Part shown: piece after piece, positions 35,525 to 42,873 of the stretch | Numbering within the stretch: position 1 is the first letter of the stretch | Layout: the number at the start of each line of letters is the position of its first letter | DNA from: Burkholderiales bacterium | Lineage (GTDB): Bacteria > Pseudomonadota > Gammaproteobacteria > Burkholderiales > SG8-41 | Direction of reading: 5' to 3' | NCBI GenBank assembly: GCA_038144955.1 | Contig: JAYQOT010000003.1 | Coordinates: 5,343 to 69,342 of the forward strand | Length of the DNA: 64,000 nucleotides | Position numbers and translations under genes: made by a program | The notes under the pieces: model-generated | Told to the model about the DNA's origin: nothing | Databases searched by the model: none | The model's input: the letters and a program-made list of their open reading frames with translations, nothing else

Positions 35525-36472
35525 TCAGGGCATTGCCAGGTGATCGAAAACCAGCGTTTTTGCGGTCTTGCGGGTGAAATCCATGAATCCCTGGGCGATA
35601 ACCGGCAATTGCTTGCCTACTGGGTAGGCAAAGACCCAGTTGCGCTCGACCGGCAGACCGTCAACGTCCAGCACGGCCAGTTTCTCATGTGACATGTCCA
35701 GGCCCAGCGTGTAACGGGACATGATCGACACGCCGAGCCCGGCGATGATGGCTTGTTTGATGGCTTCGTTGGTGGACAACTCCATTCGTATATCGGGCTT
35801 GCACCCATGTTCCTGGAATACCTTGCTGGCAATCATGCGTGTGCCGGAGCCGGGTTCCCTCATCAGGAACGGCTCTTCGGCGAAACGTGCGAACGGAATT
35901 CCTTTTTCTTTGGCGAGAGGGTGTTCAGCATGGGCATAGGCCACCATCGGATTCGGGAGTATGACCTGGGTTACCACGTCGATGTCATCAGGAGGGCTGG
36001 CGAATATGTACAAGTCATCCATGTTCAGGGTCATGCGCTCGATAAGGGTGGCCCTGTTGTGGATCTGCAACGACACCTCGATATCGGGATGCTGTTTGAC
36101 GAATTCGGCCAGTACGCGGGGCGCAAAGTACTTTCCGGTGGTGCTGACCGCAAGTTGCAGTCTTCCGCTCTTCATGCCACGCAGATTGTCCAGCTCACGG
36201 CTGGTTCCAGTCAGTACATCGAAGATTTCCGTGCAGGATTCATGCAGAACGCGACCGGCGTCGGTCAGGTGTATGCGTTTGCCGATCTGTTCGGTCAGCG
36301 GCATCCCTACCGTCTCACTGAGTTTTTTCATTTGAACCGATACCGTAGGCTGTGCCATGTAGAGTTCTTCGGCGGCTTTGGTATAGCTGCCCAGTCGGGC
36401 AACGGCTTCGAAGACGGAGAGTTGCGGCAGCAGGCCATGCTTGATGAAGCGGCGGATGTTTGCCTGAGACAT
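35525..36472 (-). CDS. LysR-family transcriptional regulator (CbbR-like sequence)
   Basis: HTH LPQLSVFEAVARLGSYTKAAEELYMAQPTVSVQMKKLSE plus a LysR substrate-binding domain. Start at ATG 36472 preceded by AAAGGAAC. Confidence 0.9.
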   Translation of the reverse strand: MSQANIRRFIKHGLLPQLSVFEAVARLGSYTKAAEELYMAQPTVSVQMKKLSETVGMPLTEQIGKRIHLTDAGRVLHESCTEIFDVLTGTSRELDNLRGMKSGRLQLAVSTTGKYFAPRVLAEFVKQHPDIEVSLQIHNRATLIERMTLNMDDLYIFASPPDDIDVVTQVILPNPMVAYAHAEHPLAKEKGIPFARFAEEPFLMREPGSGTRMIASKVFQEHGCKPDIRMELSTNEAIKQAIIAGLGVSIMSRYTLGLDMSHEKLAVLDVDGLPVERNWVFAYPVGKQLPVIAQGFMDFTRKTAKTLVFDHLAMP

Positions 36473-36572
36473 GTTGTTCCTTTCGTTACGAGCTAAATTG
36501 TCCACCGCACCCTCCGCAAATGCGGAAGGCGCGACCTTCACCTCGAATGGACGACAGCCGGTTTACGGCCAT

Positions 36573-36722
36573 AAAAAAAGACCTCGCCCATTCAGGCAAA
36601 GGTCTCGCTCGCAACGACAGGACCTGGGTATGTCGGACTGCCAGCCACCCCGGGAACAAGCATAGTTCCGAATTGACGAGACGGCTAACGCCGGTTTCCC
36701 GGCTGAGCTACTCCCCTTTGGA
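36573..36722 (-). promoter_or_regulatory. yybP-ykoY (Mn2+) riboswitch-like leader with overlapping intrinsic terminator
   Basis: Minus-strand RNA reads CAAAGGGGAGUAGCUCAGCCGGGAAACCGGC..GUCUCGUCAAUUCGGAAC..GUUCC..CGACAUACC..GCGAGCGAGACCUUUG. Conserved L1 block GGGGAGUAGC, GUCGUCAAU block and 3' GAGACC are present, and P1 is CAAAGG/CCUUUG. The terminator AGACCUUUGCC-UGAAU-GGGCGAGGUCU plus U7 (36573-36605) shares the ACCUUUG strand with P1. Confidence 0.75.
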
Positions 36723-37082
36723 GGGAGCGCGCATAAATAAATATGCGCACCTGAGTATTAAAGCATGCCATTTGTGTCATGGCAAGTCGTAAAGGTTTTT
36801 GGTCCGCGCTGGCATTGATATTACAAAAAGTAATCAAAAGCATTTTTGGATGGCATGAAAACCCGCCGGGTAGCCTGCTCCTGGCCCTTCGAATCTTCCA
36901 TTTTTATGTGCATTACATTTTCTGATTAGTCGTATTGCGAGTTATCTGAAATTTTGTGATGAGTAATGCTGAAGATTGCAAACTTTCATTTCACTTCTGA
37001 TGTCGACGTGTTGATAATTCGGCCGTGCGCAGTAGCAGGCGCATGCAGTCGCGAGAGGTTGTTCGAGTGACTGCGGTTGTTG

Positions 37083-37223
37083 CCGGGGGAGTAGCTTCAG
37101 CGGCGCAGGCAGAAATTGCGTCGTCAGCGGTGCGGTCGTCAATACGGGTAATACCCGGTCGCACCGGCAGCCTTCAGTGGTGCAAGCGAGACCAGGTTGC
37201 GGGCACGCGGAAACGCGGCGTGC
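37083..37223 (+). promoter_or_regulatory. yybP-ykoY (Mn2+) riboswitch-like leader upstream of the TerC-family gene
   Basis: CCGGGGGAGUAGCUUCAG..GGUGCGGUCGUCAAUACGGGUAAUACCCGGUCGCACC..GCAAGCGAGACCAGG carries the same three conserved blocks as the minus-strand copy. P1 is weaker (CCGG/CC-A-GG) and the last hairpin is shorter. It is followed by the hairpin GCACGC..GCGUGC. The genomic context (TerC family) is canonical. Confidence 0.6.
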
Positions 37224-37252
37224 AATTTGATCTCTTACTTGAAGGAGGAAGC

Positions 37253-38530
37253 ATGGAGTTACTTTCAACTGAGTTTCTTTCCGCCCTGCTGGCCATTGTC
37301 ATCATCGACCTTGTTCTGGCCGGCGACAATGCCATCGTCATTGCGCTGGCGGCGCGGAACCTGCCTGATAATCTGCGTAAGAAGGCGATCATCTGGGGTA
37401 CCTTCGGTGCTATTGCAGTGCGTACCGTGATGACGCTGGCCGTGGTCTGGCTGCTGAAGATTCCCGGATTGTTGCTGGCTGGCGGGGCGTTACTGGTGTG
37501 GATTGCCTACAAGCTGCTGGCCGACAACGATGGTTCCCACCACGAGGTCAGTGCCGCCGGCAATTTCTGGGGCGCCATGAAAACCATCGTGGTTGCAGAT
37601 GCCGTGATGGGGCTGGACAACGTGCTGGCTGTTGCCGGCGCGGCGCACGGCAGCTTCCTGCTGGTGGTAATCGGTTTGCTGATCAGCATCCCGATCGTGA
37701 TCTGGGGCAGCACGCTGATTCTTCATTACGTCGAACGCTTTCCCTCCATCGTTTATATCGGTGGCGGCGTGCTGGCGTGGACATCTGCCAAGATGATGGT
37801 CAGCGAGCCATTGGTCAAAGATTACCTTGCCGCCAGCGGTTTTCCGGTGGTGTTGATCTATGCCATCGTCATGCTGGGCGTTCTGGGTGCCGGTTTCTGG
37901 GTGAACCATGCCCGTGCCCGTGCCCGAGTGGCGGCGCATCTGGTCGATCTTGCCGCCACACCCGAAGTAAATTCCGTTTCAACTCATTCAGCTGTTCCTG
38001 CCAACCTGCAAGGAGGTGTCAAAATGGTCAAGATTCTCATTCCGGTAGATGGTGGCGCAAATGCGCTGAACTCGGTGCGTCATGTGGTCAACCGCTTCCT
38101 TGCCAACCCTGCCATGGAAGTGCACCTGCTGCATGTGCGCGAGCCGCTTTCTCAACACATTGCCCGTTTTGTCAGCCGTCGTGACCGTGAGGCATTTCAC
38201 CGGGCAGAGGCCGAGCGTGCACTGCAACCGGCGCGTGACCTCCTCAATCGCTTCGGGGTGCCGCACGCTGACCATATCGAGCTTGGGGACAAGGCGACAA
38301 CGATCCACCGTGTTGCGCAGCGCCTGCGTGTTACCCAGATCGTAATGGGCACAGCACGCAAGAATTCGCTCACCCGCATGCTTGAAGACTCGGTCACCAA
38401 CAAGGTGCTTGAACTGGCGCAGGTTCCGGTGGAGGTGGTGGCTGGGCAATCCGTATCGAAGCTGGAAAAGATCGGCGTACCGGCCGGAGTAGGGGCGGCC
38501 ATGGCATTACTGATTGTAGCGGTGGATTGA
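37253..38530 (+). CDS. TerC/YjbE-family membrane protein fused to a C-terminal universal stress protein (UspA) domain
   Basis: N-terminal about 235 aa has the paired DLVLAGDNAIVIA and MGLDNVLAVAG TerC motifs. The C-terminal about 150 aa (KILIPVDGGANALNSVRHVV...IVMGTARKNSLTRMLEDSVTNKVLELAQVPVEVV) is a USP fold, followed by a final hydrophobic segment. RBS GAAGGAGG precedes ATG 37253. Confidence 0.85.
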   Translation: MELLSTEFLSALLAIVIIDLVLAGDNAIVIALAARNLPDNLRKKAIIWGTFGAIAVRTVMTLAVVWLLKIPGLLLAGGALLVWIAYKLLADNDGSHHEVSAAGNFWGAMKTIVVADAVMGLDNVLAVAGAAHGSFLLVVIGLLISIPIVIWGSTLILHYVERFPSIVYIGGGVLAWTSAKMMVSEPLVKDYLAASGFPVVLIYAIVMLGVLGAGFWVNHARARARVAAHLVDLAATPEVNSVSTHSAVPANLQGGVKMVKILIPVDGGANALNSVRHVVNRFLANPAMEVHLLHVREPLSQHIARFVSRRDREAFHRAEAERALQPARDLLNRFGVPHADHIELGDKATTIHRVAQRLRVTQIVMGTARKNSLTRMLEDSVTNKVLELAQVPVEVVAGQSVSKLEKIGVPAGVGAAMALLIVAVD

Positions 38531-38587
38531 AAGCGGCTTGAATGCGGATCCCGCAGGCAGCGGGGTCCGCAAAACCGGTTGCAGGTA

Positions 38588-39136
38588 TCAGAATTTAGGC
38601 TTGCGTGTAGCCTGCTGGTAACCGGAAACCCCGGCAAGAATTTCCTTCTTGGCTTCGTCGGGTCCGACCCAGCCCACGACCTTGACCCATTTCCCGGGTT
38701 CCAGGTCCTTGTAATGTTCGAAGAAGTGCGCGATTTGCGCCAGAGTGCCTGCGGGCAGGTCGCCGGGCGTTCGTATGGCGGAATATAGCGGGGTCAGTTT
38801 GTCGATGGGTACGGCCAGTATTTTGGTGTCGTCGCCCGCCTCATCTTCCATTTTCAGCATTCCCACGGGTCGGCAACGTACCACCACCCCCGTGATCAGA
38901 GGTACTGGAGACAGTACCAGTACGTCCACCGGATCTCCGTCTCCCGACAGGGTATGCGGTACATATCCGTAATTGCAAGGGTAGTGCATGGCGGTCGACA
39001 TGAAACGGTCGACGAACATCGCGCCGGTGCTTTTTTCCATTTCATACTTGATCGGCTCGGCATGCATCGGAATCTCGATGATGACGTTGACGTCGTTGGG
39101 TACGTCATTGCCTGAGCTGACACGATCCAGATTCAC
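38588..39136 (-). CDS. ppa: inorganic pyrophosphatase (soluble, family I)
   Basis: 182 aa with VIIEIP...KYE, the [23 protein letters not shown] signature and [10 protein letters not shown]. Confidence 0.95.
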   Translation of the reverse strand: MNLDRVSSGNDVPNDVNVIIEIPMHAEPIKYEMEKSTGAMFVDRFMSTAMHYPCNYGYVPHTLSGDGDPVDVLVLSPVPLITGVVVRCRPVGMLKMEDEAGDDTKILAVPIDKLTPLYSAIRTPGDLPAGTLAQIAHFFEHYKDLEPGKWVKVVGWVGPDEAKKEILAGVSGYQQATRKPKF

Positions 39137-39236
39137 TTTGCGGAACCCCTTCAGTCACAAAGCGCCATTATAGCGTTGCAGGCTCTGCGGCTCTTTCCCC
39201 GTGCTAGGATCATGCTTCGAATATTCCGGAGCAATC

Positions 39237-39827
39237 ATGAAACTCTACATTACCCCTACGTCCGGCAATGCCTGGAAAGTGCGCCTGCTGCTGTCAATGC
39301 TGAAGCTGCCTTACGAAACCGTTGTGCTGGACACCAAGAAAAAGGAACACAAGTCGGCTGATTTCCTCAAGCTCAATCCCCGCGGCCAGGTTCCGGTGCT
39401 GGTGGATGGTGACAGGGTGTTCTGGGATTCCACGGCCTGCTTGGTCTACCTGGCGCGCAAGCACGGCGGTGAACAGTGGTTGCCGACAGACGCTGCCGGA
39501 ATGGCGGAGGTCCAGCAATGGCTAGCCCTGTCCAACAACGAGATGCATTACGGCCTGCAATGGGCCAGGGGCATCAAGACCGGCATTCGTGACATTGGCA
39601 GTTACGACGAATATGCCGCTTATGGCCGCAGCGGTCTTGCAGTGCTTGAGGGCCGGCTGAAATCGAATGACTGGCTGGCTTGCGGGCGGCCGACCATTGC
39701 CGATCTCGCGTGCTACTGCTACACGTCTGTCTCTCCCGAGGGGGGCTTCGATCTGGTGGCGCATCCTTCCGTCGCGGCGTGGGTGAAGCGCGTGGAAGCG
39801 TTGCCCGGCTGGATCAAGCGGGTCTGA
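39237..39827 (+). CDS. glutathione S-transferase family protein
   Basis: MKLYITPTSGNAWKVRLLLSML...NPRGQVPVLVDGDRVFWDS thioredoxin-like N-domain plus a helical C-domain. Start moved to ATG 39237. Confidence 0.8.
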   Translation: MKLYITPTSGNAWKVRLLLSMLKLPYETVVLDTKKKEHKSADFLKLNPRGQVPVLVDGDRVFWDSTACLVYLARKHGGEQWLPTDAAGMAEVQQWLALSNNEMHYGLQWARGIKTGIRDIGSYDEYAAYGRSGLAVLEGRLKSNDWLACGRPTIADLACYCYTSVSPEGGFDLVAHPSVAAWVKRVEALPGWIKRV

Positions 39828-39840
39828 AGGGACTGCGGTC

Positions 39841-40947
39841 GTGGCCAACCTGTTCCGCAGCGGGCATGCCGGCGCCCCGGACTGGCGTGCTGCTGCCCAG
39901 ACCTGCCTGGAGCAGCTTGGAGCCGGTCCGGGAAACCTCGGTTTCCTTTATGTCACGGACCATTTTTCCGGCGATCTGGCTGAAATACATGCCTACTTTG
40001 CGGAGCATACCGGGGTCCCGCACTGGACTGGCACCACGGGAATCGGCATCTGCGCCGGCGGCCGGGAGTACATGGATGAGCCGGCGATAGCGGTAATGAT
40101 CGGAGATTTCCCGAAGGACTCGTTCAGCATGTTTGGTGGACTGAACGGCTCCGCACTGCAGGAGGCCGATCTGCAATGCGGTGGGGCGCCTGCCAGCATA
40201 GCGATAGTGCACGGCACCCCGCTGGGCGGCGATATCGCACAGCAGATACGCGGACTGGCAAAGCGGACCGAGAGCGGTTTTCTGGTCGGAGGGCTGGCCA
40301 GTTCGCGAGGCGAGAACCTGGTTCTGGCCGATGGCGTTTACAGTAATGGCTTTGCCGGCGTCGCATTTTCTGATGCGGTTGCAGTAGCGACCCGGCTGAC
40401 TCAGGGGTGCAGTCCGATCGGTGCGGTCAGGGAAGTCACGGGAGCACAGAACAACATTGTCCTGACTCTGGACGGACTGCCCGCTCTCGAGGCCTTGCGC
40501 GCCGATGTCGGCATTACCGCCAACGAGGACCTGGCGCAACTGGGCGGTCAGATATTCGTCGGGCTGTCGGTTTCCGGAAGCGATACCGGTGATTATCTGG
40601 TACGCAACCTGATCGGCATTGATCCCGGCAACAAGCTGATTGCCGTAGGGGATATCGTGCGCAAAGGGCAGCGACTGCATTTTTGCAAGCGTGATTCGAA
40701 AACGGCACGTGCCGACATGACGAGGATGCTCGACAGCATCCGCGAGGGACTGTACACCCCTCCGCGCGGCGCACTTTATTATTCCTGTCTTGGCCGTACG
40801 GGTGCGCTGTTCGGCGGCGAATCCGCGGAACTGAGGATGATCCGTGAATCTCTGGGGGACGTACCGCTTGCCGGCTTTTTCGGCAACGGGGAAATCTCGC
40901 ATAACAGGCTCTACGGCTATACTGGGGTCCTGACCCTTTTCATCTGA
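39841..40947 (+). CDS. FIST-domain (FIST_N + FIST_C) sensory protein
   Basis: 368 aa with overall FIST layout, including the C-terminal ALYYSCLGRG..LFG....E......PLAGFFGNGEI motif. GTG start. Confidence 0.65.
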   Translation: MANLFRSGHAGAPDWRAAAQTCLEQLGAGPGNLGFLYVTDHFSGDLAEIHAYFAEHTGVPHWTGTTGIGICAGGREYMDEPAIAVMIGDFPKDSFSMFGGLNGSALQEADLQCGGAPASIAIVHGTPLGGDIAQQIRGLAKRTESGFLVGGLASSRGENLVLADGVYSNGFAGVAFSDAVAVATRLTQGCSPIGAVREVTGAQNNIVLTLDGLPALEALRADVGITANEDLAQLGGQIFVGLSVSGSDTGDYLVRNLIGIDPGNKLIAVGDIVRKGQRLHFCKRDSKTARADMTRMLDSIREGLYTPPRGALYYSCLGRTGALFGGESAELRMIRESLGDVPLAGFFGNGEISHNRLYGYTGVLTLFI

Positions 40948-40978
40948 TTGTCGCGGGCCGCTGCCCGTCGGAGTTGCG

Positions 40979-41704
40979 ATGACCGCTGATCGACTTTTTG
41001 CTGAGCTCAGCCTGACCTGGCTCGACGTGAGCGCTTTCCTGTTTTTCCTGCTTGCCTGGGCGGTTTATGCCCTGTTCGCTGAATGGCATTCCAGTTCCGT
41101 TCCCTCGTTGCACAGCACGATGGACGGATACCGGCGGGAATGGATGCTGCGCATGATCGAACGCGATAACCGCATGGTCGATGTCAACATCATGCGCAAT
41201 CTGACGCGCAGCTCGCAGTTTTTTGCTTCGACGACCATGCTGGTACTGGGTGCGCTGATTGCGCTGCTGGGCTACGTGCAGCAGGCCATGGATGTGGTAT
41301 CGGGGCTGCCATTCACCGTCAAGGCTTCGCAGCGGCTGCTGGAAATCAAGATGATCCTGATGGTCCTGATTTTCGTCTACGCCTTTTTCAAGTTCTCCTG
41401 GGCGATCCGCCAGCTCGGAAACTGTTCGACGCTGGTGGGTGCTGCGCCCAAGGCTCCCAAGGAAAATCCGGAGCAGTACGCCGTGCACATCGATCGCATC
41501 GCGCTGATTACTTCCTATGCCAGCACCAATTTCAATGCCGGGTTACGGGCCTATTATTTCGCTCTGGCGGCGATGACGTGGTTTCTCCACCCTTACCTGA
41601 TGCTGATTGCCACGGCCTGGGTGGTTTATATCCTGTATCACCGGGAATTTGCGTCGAAGACGCTAAAGGCGCTGCTGACCGGAGATGCTGCGCCGCCGAC
41701 CTGA
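40979..41704 (+). CDS. DUF599-family membrane protein
   Basis: 241 aa with 3-4 TM segments. The pattern M..YRREWM..M..R..RMVDVNIM..L..S..FFASTTML resembles DUF599. Confidence 0.6.
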   Translation: MTADRLFAELSLTWLDVSAFLFFLLAWAVYALFAEWHSSSVPSLHSTMDGYRREWMLRMIERDNRMVDVNIMRNLTRSSQFFASTTMLVLGALIALLGYVQQAMDVVSGLPFTVKASQRLLEIKMILMVLIFVYAFFKFSWAIRQLGNCSTLVGAAPKAPKENPEQYAVHIDRIALITSYASTNFNAGLRAYYFALAAMTWFLHPYLMLIATAWVVYILYHREFASKTLKALLTGDAAPPT

Positions 41705-41820
41705 AACCGCATTGTTTCAAGGAATGCGGGAAGGCCTGCAAGTGTTACTGTTTTCACCGGCCGCGGCTTGCGGTCCGGATTGTTGGGAACTGAGGCGACA
41801 CAAAACCAGGGAGGGCAGAC

Positions 41821-42810
41821 ATGTCACAACAGAGATCATTGTTCCTGCGCTTTATAGCAATCGTGCCGGTCTTGATGGCCTTCATCGGCATGGGGACGGC
41901 AGCCGCGCAAGCGTGGAGCCCGGAAAAAGCGGTAGAAATAGCGGTATCGTCCGCGCCGGGAGGCAGCAATGACCGCATTGCGCGTACCCTGCAGCGGATC
42001 ATCCAGGAACAGAAGCTGGTGCCGGTTCCGGTGTCGGTGCTGAACAAGCCGGGCGGGAACCAGACCATTTCCCGTGTTTATATCAACCAGAGTCCGGGCG
42101 ACGGGCATTACATGGACATCGGCAATCCGACGCTGATTGCCAACACCATCGCCGGGCGTCAGCAGTACACCGATTTCACGCCTATCGCACTGCTGGTCAA
42201 CGAGTTTTCCGCTTTTTCGGTACGCGCGGACTCGCCGTACCGGAACGCGAAAGACCTCGTCGAGCAGCTGAAAAAGGATCCGGACTCGATTGCCATTGGT
42301 GTCAGCAACCGGGGCGGCACCAACCATCTGGCGATTTCCCTGCTGGCCAAAGCGGGGGGTATCGATCCGCGTAAACTGAAAGTGGTCGTGTTCAAGACCA
42401 ATGCCGAGGGCATCACCGCGTTGCTCGGCGGGCATATCCAGCTCGTTTCCTCGGCCGTAGGCACCGCGGTTGGCAGGGTACGGGACGGCAAAACCCGCAT
42501 CCTGTCGGTCAGTTCCCCGGAGCGTCTGGGCGGCGACCTCGCCCAGGTGCCGACGTTGCGCGAGCAGGGGTATGACGTGTCTCTGTCCAACTGGCGCGCG
42601 ATCATCGGTCCCAAGGGACTGAGCGCGGCGCAGGTGACCTACTGGGAAAACGTTCTGGAAAAAGTGATTGCCACTGAAGAGTGGAAAAGCGGCCTTGCAA
42701 AAAATTTCCTTGACGGCCATTTCCTGCGCGGCAAGGAATTCGGCGAATACATGAAAAAGGAATACGGCCTGACCAAGACCATCATGACCGAGCTCGGACT
42801 GGTCAAATAG
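41821..42810 (+). CDS. tripartite tricarboxylate transporter substrate-binding protein (TctC/Bug family), orphan
   Basis: 329 aa with a signal peptide and Bug-family motifs (APGGSNDRIAR, NKPGG, WRAIIGPKGL). No tctA or tctB nearby. Confidence 0.85.
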   Translation: MSQQRSLFLRFIAIVPVLMAFIGMGTAAAQAWSPEKAVEIAVSSAPGGSNDRIARTLQRIIQEQKLVPVPVSVLNKPGGNQTISRVYINQSPGDGHYMDIGNPTLIANTIAGRQQYTDFTPIALLVNEFSAFSVRADSPYRNAKDLVEQLKKDPDSIAIGVSNRGGTNHLAISLLAKAGGIDPRKLKVVVFKTNAEGITALLGGHIQLVSSAVGTAVGRVRDGKTRILSVSSPERLGGDLAQVPTLREQGYDVSLSNWRAIIGPKGLSAAQVTYWENVLEKVIATEEWKSGLAKNFLDGHFLRGKEFGEYMKKEYGLTKTIMTELGLVK

Positions 42811-42825
42811 GTATTGTTTCGGAAT

Positions 42826-42856
42826 AAAAAACGGCCGGGATTTCCCGGCCGTTTTT
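42826..42856. terminator. bidirectional rho-independent terminator
   Basis: AAAAAA-CGGCCGGG-ATTT-CCCGGCCG-TTTTT lies between convergent tctC-like and hppA genes. Confidence 0.65.
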
Positions 42857-42873
42857 GTTGATGCCCGTCAGGC

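Noticed and set aside
35525-36472. Calling the LysR regulator CbbR (RuBisCO operon activator).
   Set aside because: The sequence resembles the CbbR subgroup, but there are no cbb/RuBisCO genes in the neighbourhood. Only the family-level call is kept.
37025-37252. N-terminal extension of the TerC-USP ORF (76 extra codons). Analogous extensions exist for hrcA (to 2263), bamE (5436), yhbY (13185), dapA (23383), bamC (24326), slyD (28462), the oxidoreductase (33112), LysR (36541), GST (39201), ycaR (48377), pntA (56392), tctC (60584) and the aminotransferase (60523).
   Set aside because: The conserved protein N-termini, signal peptides or lipoboxes, and ribosome-binding sites all point to internal starts. 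The extensions are Arg/Ala-rich. In the TerC and LysR cases they would run through the riboswitch-like leaders.
38543-38570. Terminator hairpin between the TerC-USP gene and ppa (GCGGATCCCGC...GCGGGGTCCGC).
   Set aside because: The stem is imperfect and there is no U-tract on either strand. The evidence is insufficient for a terminator call.
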